Source: Octopus vulgaris (Eukaryota). From it: DNA of 64,000 nucleotides. Position numbers and translations under genes: made by a program. This document shows positions 1 to 14,639 of the stretch, in pieces. Within the stretch, counting starts at the first letter, position 1. The number at the start of each line of letters is the position of its first letter. The DNA is taken from positions 104,036,001 to 104,100,000 of the forward strand of contig OX597817.1 in NCBI GenBank assembly GCA_951406725.2, in the 5' to 3' direction. Below the pieces are notes generated by a model. It saw nothing but the letters and a program-made list of their open reading frames with translations, searched no databases and was not told the DNA's origin.

Positions 1-2445
1 TTGACTAAAGCTATTATGTTGTCCATCTATCCATTCATCCATTTTCTCCGCCCACTATGGGGAGGGGTGGGGATTATTATGGTAGTGTCCTCAGGCTCCT
101 TCTCCATAAGATCCTATCAGAAGCAACTGTCATTACACTTTCTAGTTGGGTTCCCAACCATCTCATTATTGATCTATCCCAAAGTGTCCTGTCAGTTGTC
201 AAATCCTTAAAATGTGTTACATTGCTTTAATCTTTTCTACAGTTAAGAATTTATAAAGTATTTTTCATACCATATTCTGTCACATGGTAAGAATACACTA
301 TACATTTTCAGCTACAACATTTGAAGAGGCATTTATTTTAAATCTCATGAAAATTTGAACAAATTCAATCAAACATCTGTTTCCTAGATTATTTCAGCAA
401 CATTCCAAAGGATTACAATTTAACACGGCTATTTTCCATAAATATACATAACCAAGCTTTTTTTTCTAATAGAAAGAGAAAGAAACCTCACTATATCAAG
501 AAATGGAAATTAAACCCAGCCACATTGAGAAAAGGAAGGAAACCTAACCAAAATGACTTATCTATAATTTTTTTATTTTTGTGTACATTAAATTCAAAAC
601 AGTTTCTTCACACGACTTTGCTTTACAATTTATAAATATCCTTTATATATGACTAATCTAAATTGGTCATATGAGAGGACATTTTTGAAATTGCATCCAA
701 AGTAAATTAGGATTATTATTTAATCCCAGATCAGTCCCTTGATACAGACTTATCCAGACACAACGTATCAGTGAATTGGCAGTCATAACAGCATGACAGA
801 AAGCTTTATGGTATTTGCTCTGGTTCTCTGCATTTTGAGTTCAAATTCTTTCAAGGTCAACTCTGCTTCTCATCCTTTCGAAGGTTGATAAAATAGTAGC
901 AGTCCAGGGCTGTGGATTGGTAGAAGTGTGAGAACATTGGACAGGATGCTTTGCAGTATCTGTTCTGGGACTTTGCATTCTAATGGCATTACTTGCAACA
1001 ACACTGATGCCAAGCTGTATTGGTCCTTGTCTTTTAGATGGACAATATCAATAGCATGGAAAGGAGAGGCTTGCAACTATGGATAACTGCTAGTCTTTCA
1101 TAAAACTTGACTCCCAGCTTGCACCTTAGCAAGAAACTTTCAAGTCAGAGCCATAGACTGATGAGACACAGAAAAACTTCAAATAGAGTGTTTTGATAGG
1201 TGTTGAGAGGCTAAAATATGAAAGAGGAACAGACATGGGTGTTTTGCTATATAGACGACTTATATTGCTACTCTGCACTATATAAGGGTTGGGATTAGCT
1301 AGAAAGAAGACAATGATTGTGGTGGTGAAGTGTCAGGGTATGCTCTTGAAATTCAAGGTGAGAATAAGAGAGAATACAGACAAAATATTTGGAGGGGTGG
1401 GTGGATAAGTTCATTAGAGTATGAGAGGAAGGTCACAGATGGTTAGAGGTGAATGGAACGAAGGTGGAAGTAAAGTCAATGATAAATATCAGAATTGATG
1501 TGGGGAAGGTGAAAGAAATAGGAGTAGCTCAGAAAGGATGTGGTGGCAAGAAACAGTACAGGCAGCAAGCTGGCAGAAACGTCAGCATGCTGGGCGAAAT
1601 GCTTAGAGGTATTTTGTTTGCCGCTACGTTCTGAGTTAAAATTCCGCCAAGGTTGACTTTGCCTTTCATCCTTTCAGGATTGATTAAATAAGTACCAGTT
1701 ACACACTGTCGTTGATATAATTGACTCAATCCGTTTGTCTGTCCTTGTTTGTCCCCTTTGTGTGTAGCCCCTTGTGGGCAGTAAAGAAATAAGAAACAGT
1801 ACAGGAAGGGTGGAGAGCAGCAGAATAATGAAGTTGTAACAGATCAGAGAGAAAGGAGATGATGTGCAAGGTGAGTGAGAGAGAGAGACAGAGAGAGAGA
1901 TACAATGATAGAGGCAAATGTCAGAAGTATATCAAGGACAAAGTATGTTTGACAGGAGATATGAGAGGGTTCCAAGAATGATAGCAAATAACAGACGGTG
2001 TTAAGGGTGAGGTATAGCAGTTGAAGTGGTATCTCAGAGGAGAGAGTGAGATAACTGGAAGAATAGAAAGGAGTGATCAGTGAAAAATAAAGTGGGAAGG
2101 GATGATATTGAGAATGAAGGATGAATTTTAAAAAGAAGTGGTTCCAAGGAGAGGAGGAGGTACATGGAGCACAATAAAATATGTGTATATTCTATTTTCA
2201 TATGAACACAGCAGCTGAATAGCATCATAGTGACAATAGTGAAGGATAGGTGTTAAGAAAGTAAGAGGTGGAGAAGGCTAGATGGTGAGAGATTGGGTGC
2301 AGGGCAGAGCCCAGTGAGAGTATACACATAAATATAATGCTTTTAGGACCTCACATTTATCAAGCTGAACAGATCTTGCTGAATAAAGGGAATTGCCAAT
2401 CACCCTGATCCTTTATCATCTCCATCATGCCATTATTTTATATAT

Positions 2446-3589
2446 TATCAAGTCATTAAGAATGAAATGTCTGATTTTCTTATGCACCAAGTTTGACAGT
2501 TGTTAACTCTAATGCTTTTTTCCTGACAATTCTTTGTTACATCATCACTTTTCGAAATGCAATTCATGGTGTCTGATTATATTGTGAGTTTTTTCTTGTA
2601 AATCAATTTTTGTGAAACCAATGCATCCCAGACAGCACAAAACATCAATGAGGTGTTAGGTGAAGATGTGGCAAATGAGTGCACTGAACATCAATAATTT
2701 GAGAAGTTCCGATCTGGTGACCTTACTCTTGAAAATCAGCCCCGTGGCAGACCTGAGGACAAGGTAGATAATGATGAACTGGAAACTGTGGTGGAAGCAG
2801 ATACATCTCAAACTATGCATGAGTTAGCAGCAAGGTTTGATGTTTTGATTCCAAATGTATTGGACCATTTGAAACAAATCGGCAAGGTAAAGAAGCTGAA
2901 CAAGTGGATTCCACACAAACTGAATGAGCATCAAATGACACGTCATCTTGAAACTTGTCATTCTTTGCTATCATGGCATAAAAGCAAACCATTTTTGCAT
3001 CGCACTGTTAAGTGTGATAAAAAATGGATTTCTTTAAAAAATAGCCAGCATTCTGCATGATGGTTGGATAGAGACAAAGTGCCAAAACATAATCCAAAAA
3101 AGAATAAAGCTAATGGTGTCTGTTTGGTGGTCCAGCACTAGTGTCATCCACTACAACTTCATGAGACCTGGAAAGTCAATTACAGCGGATGTATACATCA
3201 ACCAATTGGATGAAATGATGAGTGAACTTGCAATTAGATAACCGAGATTGCACAAAGAACACTACTCAAGTTACAGGAACTGAACTTGGAAGTACTCTTC
3301 CATCCACCATATTCACCAGACCTTGCACAAGCTGATTATCATGTTTTCCAGGCATTAGACAACATTTTGCAAGGAAAAAATTCTAATCTGAAGAAGATGC
3401 AAAAACAGCCTTTAGTAATTTCATCACCTCTTGCTCTCCAGAATTCTTCGCTGCCAGCTACCATTAAAATGGCAAAATTGTGCTGATAAATTAGGTGCAT
3501 ACTTTGACCCACTACATTGCTTTTTATTGAGATAAAATAAAATAAATCTTCAGTTCAAAATCAGACATTTCATTCTTAATGACCTGATA
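2446..3589 (+). mobile_element. Decayed, internally deleted mariner (Tc1/mariner) transposon
   Basis: 33-bp TIRs (TATCAAGTCATTAAGAATGAAATGTCTGATTTT / AAAATCAGACATTTCATTCTTAATGACCTGATA). Remnant motifs WIPHKL, KCDKKW and HPPYSPDLA; stops and frameshifts. Confidence 0.9.
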
Positions 3590-3708
3590 GCTCACAGCCA
3601 TAGCATGTTGAATGCACCAATTCTCATCTGATCACCAAAGTTAAGCAACGTTGAGCTTAGTCAGTACTTAGATGGGTGACCACTTGGGAAACCTAGGTGC
3701 TGTAAATA
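3590..3708 (+). pseudogene. 5S rRNA pseudogene (or 5S-derived SINE head)
   Basis: Co-linear with 5S rRNA (..GATCACCAAAGTTAAGCAACG..TCAGTACTTAGATGGGTGACCACTTGGGAA..GGTGCTGTA), with CpG-type decay and no T-run terminator. Confidence 0.8.
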
Positions 3709-3719
3709 TCTCATACTTA

Positions 3720-3935
3720 TAAGGCAGTGAACTGCAGAATTGTTAGCACTCCAGGTAAAATGCTTAGTGGCACTTCATGTCTTTACATTCTGAGTTCAAA
3801 TTCTGCTGAGGTTGTCTTTGCCTTTCATCTTTTTGGGGTCAATGAAATGAGTACCAGTTGAGCACTGGGGTCGATGTAAACAACTAACCCTCTCCTCCAA
3901 AATTTCAGGCTTTGTACCTATAGTAGAAAGGATTA
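3720..3935 (+). mobile_element. tRNA-derived SINE family A copy
   Basis: Shares the GAGTTCAAATTC..CTTTGCCTTTCATCCTTT.GGGGTCGATAAA..AGTACCAG core with copies at about 775, 1558, 11035(-), 11340, 20330, 49840(-), 55963 and 63330(-). Confidence 0.75.
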
Positions 3936-5291
3936 TTTTATATACTAACATACACTTCAAAAATACTTCAAAGAGAGAGTGGGGAGGGAGGTTTACTTTA
4001 CTTCAACTTTTATTCAGTCTCTCACTTCTTAGAATTCTGTCTTATTTTCTCTTCTATTTCACACTTCCTTTCCTATGACAACTCCAAAACTAGCTTTCTC
4101 TCATTCTCTCTCTCTCTATTCATTCATACTTTCTGACACTTCAGTATAAAGTGTCACCACCACAATTTAACATTATCATCACATATGTTTTCTAAATTTC
4201 TGGGGTTTTTTTCCCCAGGCTTTCTCCATCTCTTCATTCATTCGGCTGTTTCTATTTCCCTCTTTCACTATTCTCTCTCTATCTCTATATTTCATTACTA
4301 CTTTGTACTATATATATATATATATTATAAACAACTACTTCTCTCTCCCATTACCTGTATAGATTTCTTTCAACATAAATGTCAGTTATTGCTGCTGCCT
4401 CTCCTACTACTAAAAGTGTAACAACCAACTCTTTCTTTTTTGCTCTATTTGAGTTATGTCATGTATAAAGCACTAAGTCCACTCTGCTGAGTGGTTGGTG
4501 TTAGCAAGGGCATCTGGCTGTAAAAATACTGCCAAAACAGTCACAAAAATCTAGCGCAGGCTTCTGCCTGGCTGGCTCTTGTGAAACCTTCCCACCCATG
4601 CTAGCATGTCAGGTAGATGTTAAACGACAATGATGATGAGTTACTTCCCTTAATGTGACACAAAAAGTACGTAGTTGGTAAATAGGTAGGTAGGTAGGAC
4701 TGTACCATTGTATTAATATACAGATTTCAATTACTAAATGGAAAACAAAGTTAAGGTTTCCCAAGTTCTGTATAAACCTTGGATTTATAGGAAAATTTAA
4801 TTAGAAGTGCAAACAGAGATATCTTCACTTATCAAGCTGGATGTGATCAGAAATATTTGCTTTTCACTAAGGACGATTATTCAAACTGGTGTGGTTTTAC
4901 ATGGTAAGGATGAAGCCAACACGTTTTATAGTAGAATTATTCTTATCAGCCCCTATGTAGCTGCTTGAGCAGTTAGAAATAGCAGCTAAATCTCTCCCAA
5001 ATCAAAGCCTACCTTCTTAAAATAAGTCCACATAGACATACAAAAATGTCATAGCCATGGCTAGCGTGCCTTTAATCACAAGTCGGCTGATCTAAGGTTT
5101 AATCAGGGCTGATCTGGATTTAATCAACAGCATCCACAAAATGTTACATCAATCCTACAAAAACTTACATGGTAATTTTATTTACAATAGTTTTTATAAC
5201 AAACATTATTTAAATTAAAATAATAAATGAAAAAAATGTAAAGCTATGATGACATTGATGACAATAAAAAAAACATAAGGGAAATCTGTAC

Positions 5292-5407
5292 CTGTTTTCT
5301 TCCCATAATCTTCTCTCTCGCTTCTTCATTAAATATTTATCATCAAATTGTTTCTTATGCTGCTTGTAACCTGTTTCATCATCTTCACCATCACTATCCA
5401 TATCATC
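5292..5407 (-). CDS. CDC45: CDC45 coding exon 6 (DDMDSDGEDDETGYKQHKKQFDDKYLMKKRERRLWEEN-R); gene continues beyond it
   Basis: tatag acceptor, gtacag donor, 116 nt; acidic stretch followed by the RR-WE motif of CDC45. No further exon could be identified within 1-5291. Confidence 0.88.
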
Positions 5408-6231
5408 CTATAAAAAAAGTTACAGTAGAATTTTTATTCTTATTGTGCACACCACTACATTTCTAGTAGAGGCATTTCTGCATTTTGTATGTAGATATAG
5501 TTTTGTTTCCCTTAATTCTTTAGCATTCAGGTTACTGTGTCAAATGTAATGTTTATTCATTCACATAACTTTGAGTTAATCATGCAGTATCTGGTAGCTT
5601 CATGATGTTGAAGATGTAATTGTTTATTTTTATAATGACATTATAGGATAGGTGTGAGAGGCTAGATATGGCTGGCTTGCACATAGAAAAGGTAAAATAT
5701 TTGGGCCACATATGGCTGGTTTAAATGCTAAAGAGTTAAAGTGACCTTTATGATAGCACTTCTATGATAGTGGACCCCTAAAATTTATTTCTGCGAAAGT
5801 GCATTTTTTAAAAGGTACTTTAACATTCTTTCTTACTCTTCTTCAGCATCATTGTTTTAATGTTCACTTTTCTCTGCTTGCATGGTTCAGACAGAATTTG
5901 TTGACAGATTTTGTATGGCTGCCAGATGCCCTTTCTGTTGTCAATCCTCATCTGTTACCAAATAAAGTAATATTTCCCTGTGGCCAGACATATTTTACAC
6001 AGAAGACTGGAAATGAACAACTTCATTTGTATGATAATGATGCTCATTCACAACCATCTCATGAAGTCTAGACAAGGGTAAAAACAAACACACACATATA
6101 TTAGGTGTAGGTGTGGCTATGTGGTAAGAAGCTTGCCACTGCATGGTACCTTGGACAACTGTTTTCTACTATAGCCTCAGGCCAACCAAAGCCCTGTGAA
6201 TGGATTTCACAGATAGAAACTGAAAGAAACG

Positions 6232-6273
<42 letters not shown>

Positions 6274-6719
6274 GGATGATTACAGTGTAGTCCACAGTAT
6301 CTGATGGTATTGGGCAGATCATCTTTATGGATTCCTTCCTTCAGGCAATATAACATTAATGGATGTTTAACTGAGGGTCGTTTATCAAAAAACTGGTTCA
6401 CCAATCAGCATCATTAGATTGTAGCTGGAATAATGGAATAGGAGCTTTATATGCATATTCAAACATTTCCTGTAAACAAATCTAAAAGATGTGTGTACAT
6501 GTGTGTGCATGCATGTTTGTCCTCCATCACTGGTTGACAACCAGTGCTGGTGTGTTTACATCCCTGTAACTTAGTGGTTTGGCAAAAGAGACCAACAGAA
6601 TAAGTACCAGGCCTAGAAAAACGTAGGTACTGGAGTTGATTCATTCAACTAAAAATTCTTCAAAGTAGTATCCCAGTATGGCCGGTGACCGGTAAATTTC
6701 ACCATAGGTAAACTCCACC

Positions 6720-8046
6720 ACGGTAATGTCCATTTTCCATGCTGGCAAGGATTGAATGGTTTGACTGAAAGGTAGTAAGCTGCACCAGGTACCAATCTTA
6801 TTTGGCATAGTTCCTATGGCTGGATGCCCTTCCTAATGTCAACCACTCCAGGAGGGTAGTGAGTGCTTTTTACATGCCACCAGCATCAGCCATAACTACA
6901 ATCTCACTTGGCTTGACAGGTCTTCTCAGGCATGATATACAGCCAAAGATCTCAGTCACTTGTCACTGCCTCCATGAGGCCCCAGGGTTTGAATGGTGCT
7001 TTTTATATGCCACTGGCATGGGTGCCAGTTATGTGACACTGGTATTGGCCACAACTATGATTTCACTTGGCTTTATGGGTCTTCTCAAGTACAATATATC
7101 AAACATATCGCCCAAAGATCACTTGGGTCAACGGTCATCTGAAGCACAACATATAGCCCAACATTCAAAGGGTGCTTTTTATGTGCCACCAACATGGGTG
7201 CCAGTTACGCAACACTAGTATTGGCCATGACTATGATTTCACTTGGCTTCATGGGTCTTCTCAAGCATGGCATATTGCCCAAGGTTTCAGTCACTTGTCA
7301 TTGCCTCTGCAAGGCCCAATATTCAAAGATCATTTTTCACCAATTCACCCCTTGTCTTCCTGGGTCTATCTCTTCCACAGGTTCCATCCACCATTAGAGA
7401 TTGGCACTTCACACAACTTTCCTCATCCATACGCATCACATGACCATACCAGTGCAGTAGTCCCTCTTGCACACTATAAGTCATGCCTCACGTGCCCAAC
7501 TTTTCTCTCAAGACACTTACTCTTTGTCGTGTATGCATACTGACATTGCACATCCACCAAAGCATACTAGCTTCATTAACTTCATTTCTTTCAAGTCCGG
7601 TGAACTAAAGACATTTGAATATTTTTGTTCATATTTAAATTATCATATGCAGTTTGGATGGAGACAGTTGCATACAGAAGTGCCAATCATTTAAAGTGGA
7701 CAGAACTTGTGGAAGTGGGAGAGCCAGAAAGACATGGGACAAAGTATTGAAGGCCAACCACAAGACACTGAGCCTTACGAAGGAGATGACTAAGGATTGA
7801 GATACTGGCACCTTGCTGTACTTGAGAAAACCCATCTGCCACTGCAGAAGTGATACTGGAGCCACATAAAAAGCACCCAGTACACTCTGTAACATGGTTG
7901 GCATTAGGAAAAGCATTCAGCCATAGAAATCATGCCAGAACAGACAATGGAACCAGGTGCGACCCCTGGTCTTACCAGCTCCAGTCAAACCATCAACCCA
8001 TGCCAGCATGGAAAATGGAGGTTAAATAATAATGGTGATGATGACT
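6720..8046. mobile_element. Cluster of RTE LINE 3'-end fragments (minus ~6720-7590, plus ~7650-8046)
   Basis: Same 3' tail and C-terminal RT remnants as 24125-25695. Further tails at about 4480-4640, 5850-5960, 12890-13100, 18950-19330 and 23400-23620. Confidence 0.7.
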
Positions 8047-8444
8047 TTCATTAATAATCTAATAATTTTGTCTATTTACTCATTTGACAGAATTGTTTTG
8101 AAAAAAATAGTTGGTCCAATAAATGATTTAGCTCCTCAGTTAAAATGTTTATGATATGTCAGGAATATGAATTAACATTTAATTTGTAATAAGGCAAATC
8201 TGGATTGACACATAATAAGTACTTCTTTGAAGGCAGTCATCAATAAACTGCATACAAATATGGATATGAGTACCTAAAAACAAATCATACTGCAAGAGCA
8301 GTAGCACAGCAAATCAATATTGCTAGAAAATTCTCTCAAAAAATTTTTATACACAATTTCCAAGATGTATTTCATACTTTCTGCTAAGAGAAAAGAAATG
8401 TTTAATACTGCATATGATCATGAATAAATAAAAATAATACTTAC

Positions 8445-8559
8445 CTCATCATCTCTAAAGATAGTATCATAATCAGGAATGTCAGTAATTTCATTCTCTT
8501 TCACAAGTACTTTGACTTGTAAACTATTGTACACATTATGTACATCAATTGGCCTGTGA
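8445..8559 (-). CDS. CDC45: CDC45 coding exon 5 (S-HRPIDVHNVYNSLQVKVLVKENEITDIPDYDTIFRDDE)
   Basis: ttcag acceptor, gtaag donor, 115 nt; completes the DSHRP motif across the phase-2 intron. Confidence 0.93.
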
Positions 8560-10923
8560 CTGAAAGAGGAAGTTAAATATTTTTTCGATAACTAAATGTT
8601 CTATGAAATGTGCTTCAGAGCAACAAACTATGTTTACAGAAAACAGCTCTTTGAACAAGACACTATTGGGAACATGGATACAGCATATATTATATTGCTT
8701 AAAAATGTTTGCTAAGTTGAGGGTCTTACTTTTTATTGCACTATTCACAGAATATAAAATGAGCCTAAAGTTAGGTTTTTTTTATATGTAGTTTGAGCAC
8801 TTCCGGCTGTAGATTATATAAAGAGCCCTTTGCACATGGTTTTTTTCCCAAACTTTCACATTGCTTGCTTTGCTGCTGACACTATTATACCACACAAAAT
8901 GACCAGCTAAACTAAGAAATTTCTCTAGTTTTAATCGTTCATCATTCATTCATCTAACTCAGAATACTAACATGCTGTACTTTGAATTAGAATAATTTTC
9001 AAAATTTGTAATTCTTTAATTCGTAAAATAATCTCCAAAACTCATAATTCTTTAAATCTTTGCAATATTCTTTCCCTGTTTCATAACCCATGTGTTCCCA
9101 TACTTCACCATGATTTCCTCACTGATCTCTCCCTCTCTCTCAAAAATTCGTAAACATTCTTGATTTGTTTTATAACTTGTGTCTTTCTCATGATTCCTCC
9201 AGCAATAAAGTCTTTCAAGACTCTCTCTCTCTCTCTGTCTCACTAGTCTCTTCTTACTGTTATTTCCTGAGGTGAAGCTGGCCATTGCTTGTCTGCAATG
9301 CACCCACCCATTCCTGCCTCCACCACCAATACCAGAAATTTCTTCTCTTATACAAGAAACCCCTACAGGGGCTTCTGTATCAGAAGATTTGCATAGCTGT
9401 TTCCCACCCACCACCACCCATCCATACTATGGCTCATTTACTTAATTTAAAATTGACCTATTTATGTTTGCAACAATAACGCTTATATTTACAACACTTA
9501 TAACATATTTACAGTGCTTACATTACACTCACTCCCAATAGGAGCAACAAGTTTAACATGTTTGAATGATGGTAGGTTAAAGTGAATACAGCTGATGTGA
9601 TATATCTGTTATCAAACGAAGATTGAAACCTTCTTTTCAGGTGCTGAATACCATCTCTCCTTCCCATGTCCCTTTCCCAATTTACATGGTTGCTCCTAAA
9701 TACAAAGATTTCCCGGTGAAGAATGTACCTCCCAGCATAGACTCATCATTAGGGACTTTAGACTTCAATGATGTGACTGTTTACATTTTAGAATAACATT
9801 GTACGGTAGGTATGAGAGGCTTGATCTGGCTGCTTTCAACATAAAACAAGGAGGATATTTGGGCCAGATGCTTTGGGCTGATTTGAGTGTTAAAGGGTTA
9901 ATTGGGGTTTTTGTTTTATATTCATACATATTTTTTGTATGCAGTCTATTTCAATATTGAGTTAATGCTGACAAAATAGACTTTATTCTCTAGGCCTCTA
10001 GGCACCTTCAAAATATTGTCATATAAAATCCTCAAAGCCATTGTTGGTAAATACTGCAATCAATTACAAACATTTGACATTTATTAACACACAGCTAACA
10101 GGCTTACCAAAAGCAATCACTTTTTCTTGAATTTAATTCTTTTATTCTTTTTTCTTTTACTTGCTTCAGTCATACTGGAGCACTACCTTGAAGGGTTTTA
10201 ATCGAACAAATTGACCCCAGAACTTAGAGGAGGGGACAAACATGGACACATGCCCCCCCCCCCCATATATATATATATATATATACACATACACACACGT
10301 CAGGTTTCTTTCAGTTTCTGTCTGCCAAATCCATTCACAAGGCTTTGGTCAGCCCAAGACCATAGAAGACACTTGCCCAAGGTGCCACGTAGTGGGACTG
10401 AACCTGGAACCATGTGGTTGGGAAGCAAGCTTCTGGTGCTCCTTTATGACTTTGATCATCAGAAATGCAATAGATCAGTAATTGCCCTGTTGAAAATGTG
10501 TAACAATTGATGCTAAAGTTGACTAATTGCGATATAGAATAAACAAGTTTCTTTTGCTCTCTCTAATGAGTGATCCTTTGTTGATTTTAACAATAAGCAT
10601 TCAGTTCTTCTATCATCTGACCTACTTATACATTAAATTAACAGGTAAGTAGCTGTGTATTCTGCAGAAACTCATACCCATAATATAATTCAAGCTGATT
10701 CAGCATGACGTGGCTGGACCTATGAATCCACTGGGCTTCCACACAGTTTCCATTTACCCAATTTCACTCACAAGACTTGGGCTGACATGAAACTATAGTA
10801 AAAAAAACTTGCCCAAGATGCTGAAAGACTAAAAGATAAAGCTCATATGTCATCCATTTACATTATATATCCAGAACAGTACAGACATGTAGACATGACT
10901 CAATGAATAAAAATATATTTTAC

Positions 10924-11018
10924 CTGTCAAAAATGTAGAAACACACATCTTTCTCAGGTTGCAACAACTCCACAACGTCAAAAGATGCCCCACAGTTGAT
11001 CATGACAATATGTTTAAC
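10924..11018 (-). CDS. CDC45: CDC45 coding exon 4 (VKHIVMINCGASFDVVELLQPEKDVCFYIFD-S)
   Basis: tttag acceptor, gta donor, 95 nt ending in phase 2; INCGA motif. Confidence 0.93.
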
Positions 11019-12099
11019 CTAAAAATAAAGTAACATCCTTTCTACTATAGGTACAAGGCCTGAAATTTGGTGGGGATGGGATAAGCCGAGTACATCAACA
11101 CCAGTATTCAACTAGTACTTATTTTATTGATCCTGAAAGGATAAAAGGCAAAGTCGACCTTGGTTGAACTTGAACTCAGAAAATAAAGATGGACGAAATA
11201 CTGCTAAGCATTTTGCCCAGCGTGCTAACGATTCTGCCAGCTCATTGCCTAATAATAATAATAATAATAATAACAACAACTAGTTGGACCCAAGAAAAAT
11301 TTACAGAAAACACAAAAAATGAAAGCATCTGCAAACAGTGAACTGGTGCCATGAAAAATGTTTGTATATTATGACCATCTGTCTTTACATTCTGAGTTCA
11401 AATTCTGCCGAGATCGACTTTGCCCTTCGTCCTTTCGGGGTCAATAAATTATCAGTTGTGTACTGGGGTCGATCTAATCAACTGGCCCCCACCCCACAAA
11501 AAATTCAGGCCTAGAAAAGTATATTGTGACAGTTACAGAATATAGAAAGTAATGTGATACCAATGACAATGTAATCGAACCAAAATATCTCAGTTACACA
11601 AAAGTAAATAGAATTACTATTTAACCTTAAAATACATTGTACATATTCAAAGAACCTTGATGTACAAATTGAAATGCAAACGAACAAAATAATAAATGGA
11701 TTTATGAATGCAAGTTTGGTAATTGCATTTATTTCCATCATGCAACACTTATTATTTCAAACATGTTTTAACTAGCCTAAACTATACACAGACACAAATA
11801 CATTCATATATATATGTCTCAAGTTGTAGCTGTAATTCTGTGTGAGGTTCAATCTCCCTGAAAACTACGTTAATGTTATGCATGTCTGTGGAGAACTCTG
11901 CCATCTGTGAGTTAATTTTTATCCTTGTGTGGTAATGAAAAGTGAAACTGACATCCAATACTTGCTGTGAGCACTTTATGTATGAACTTTCCTTTGGATT
12001 TATGTATCTACTTTCTCTTTCACTTCCTTTGTGTCCCCCTTCTCTTCTGCTTTTGATTTAACAATGTGTATATGTATCTATGTATCTACTCTTGCGATG

Positions 12100-12370
12100 T
12101 GATAAACATTTAAAAACACAAAACAAACGCCGTCACCACTCAGTCTCTTTCACTCTTTCTCTCTCTCTCACTCTCTTTCTTTTTCTCTTATGTCCTCTCT
12201 GAAACATTTAAAAGCACAAAATGAATGCTGTCACCACTCACTGTCTCTTTCACTCTCTCCCTCTTTCTCTCTTACTTCCTCTCTGAAACATTTAAAAACA
12301 CAAAATGAACACCACCACCACTCATTGTCTCTTTCACTCTCTCTCTTTTTCTCTCACTTCCTCTCTCTCG
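12100..12370 (+). repeat. Three ~90-bp tandem repeats
   Basis: AAACATTTAAAA.CACAAAA..CACCACTCA.TGTCTCTTTCACTC occurs three times. Confidence 0.75.
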
Positions 12371-12459
12371 CTTTGCCACTTCTTTGAAGTGTGACACACA
12401 CAACAGGTACATACAAAAACAGAAAGTTGGCATATTGATATTATTGATGATAATAATAA

Positions 12460-12491
<32 letters not shown>

Positions 12492-13625
12492 ATAATCACA
12501 TATATAGCGATGTGTTTACCTTCCCCAATTTCAAATTTAAATAACCTTAGGCAAATATCTTCTACAGCCTCAGATTGACTGAGCAAGAATTGGTCCACAA
12601 AGATAGCACAAAAGCCCATCGTACCTATGCAAGTGTCTGCCTGAGTGTGCTTTCTCTTCCTGACTGGAGTTTTACAGTTTATTTTAACAACAAAACTTGT
12701 TTTCAACACATATCTTGAAAACAGTATACTCTTTCACACCCTCTGGTTATGAACATTGCACACTTAGCTCTTTAGCATGTAAACAGGCTATATTCAACCC
12801 AAATATCATACCTGTTTTACAATCAAAAAGGCAAAAATAATCCAGTCTCCCATGCCTACCCTAATTTCATTCTGAAAATACACAATCATCATCATCTTTT
12901 AATATCTGCTCTCCATGCTGGCATAGGTTGGATGGTTTGACATGGAGCTGGCTAGCAGGGATCTGTCCGGACTCCAAATGTCTGATGTGGTATGGTTTCT
13001 ACAGCTGGATGCCCTTCCCAATGCCAATCACTTAACAGTGTGTGCTGGGTGCTTTTTACGTAGCACCAACATGGGCATGTAAATGCAGCACTGGCACAGG
13101 ATCTATAATATAATGCATTATTTATTCAAAACCAAGTAAATGAAGGGTTAAATACAGTATAAATGTTACATTTCTTAACTGCAGGTAATCACTCATGGCA
13201 ACTGCATATAACACTGTCAAAACAGTAGTGCAAAAATTGGAATTCCTGTTTGGAATCAGAAAAATAATTAACATATATATATACATATTCACGTGCATAT
13301 AGGAGGAGTATTATTTCTCCATGAAAATGAAACAACCACATCATAGGATAGTTCATGTTAGCCATTTAAAAAACACACACTATCATATTCCATTGTTTTA
13401 TGACATTATTATAGATTATTAAAAACCAAAGATTTCCAGTATACAACTACTCATTGATATGCGTAACAGTATAATTTACACAGAGTAACATAGACTATAA
13501 TAAAATATCTGAGATATAATGAGAAATGACTCCTACAATACACACAAATAAGGTGTAAGACTTTTATTTCCAGAAACATAGACAGAACACTTATAAAGAT
13601 ATACAACATTAAAGCTGAAACATAC

Positions 13626-13718
13626 CCCTTCACAATTATCCATAAAAGCAGTTTCAAGACTTTCTTTTCCTGTAATAGGGATGATAGAGTACAACACTTG
13701 GTCACACTGGAATAAATA
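13626..13718 (-). CDS. CDC45: CDC45 coding exon 3 (YLFQCDQVLYSIIPITGKESLETAFMDNCEG)
   Basis: tgcag acceptor, gtatg donor, 93 nt; LFQCD...LETAF motif; lies inside ORF 13533..13751. Confidence 0.93.
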
Positions 13719-14639
13719 CTGCAATAAAAAAACGAAATAATTTTTGATCATTTCTATACCAATTAGTCAATCATTAAACAAAGCATGTCCTACATAAATG
13801 GAGCAATACAATGTCAATTGTGCAATGCATAGAAATACCATATAATAGCCAAACGAACTAATATTGAAAACCAAAACAAAAAAATAATGTTAAATTGCCA
13901 TCATGAAGACACATTTTACCCATCATATAGAACCTGATTGATCTACATGGCATAAATAAACAGAACTCACAATCTCATCATTGAACATCATTTTATGCCC
14001 ACTTTTCCATCTAGCACAGATTAGACAGGTTTTCTAGGGCAGTGTTTTCTACTTGGATGCTCTTCCGGTTGCTAACTCTTTTAGTCACCTTGATTAAGTG
14101 TCCTCATCTATAGCCCCAGCTTGATCAAAACCTTATGAGGTTTTGGTAGGTGGAAAATGATAAAGAAGTTAATCATATTATATCTTATATATAAATGGCA
14201 ATTTCTGTCTGACTGTTACCATCTTACTGCCTAAACTAGCAAACCAATCTTCACAAAAGTTTGCATACATGTTAAACTAACATCCAGTTCAATTATAGGC
14301 TAATTGGATTTCAATAAAACTCACTAATTGGTCCCCTACAGGGGTTGGACTATTATATAATAAAATGAGAAGGGTACAAAAGTGTTAGGTTGAAGGAAAT
14401 GTGGTGGCAGAATGAGGGTGGCTGATATCAGGGAAGGGGAGGAGACAGGAAGAGACAGAGAGGGACAGGGAGAGAGAGAATGTGCTTACTGAATTTTTAC
14501 CTATCAGTTAACACATACACTTTAGTGAATTAACTCAGTCAAAACTTTTACAATATTTCCAACAACAGATGTAAAACAAAGAAGTGAAACGTAAAATGTT
14601 TTATATTTGTTTTCAAAACTTTACCAACATACTGAAACA

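Noticed and set aside
1155-1180. Isolated CTGATGA hits (also 17797, 24518, 24642, 54266, 60778)
   Set aside because: No stem II/GAAA/stem III geometry; several lie inside LINE coding sequence.
3590-3708. Functional 5S rRNA gene
   Set aside because: Many stem-disrupting transitions, a single copy and no oligo-T terminator.
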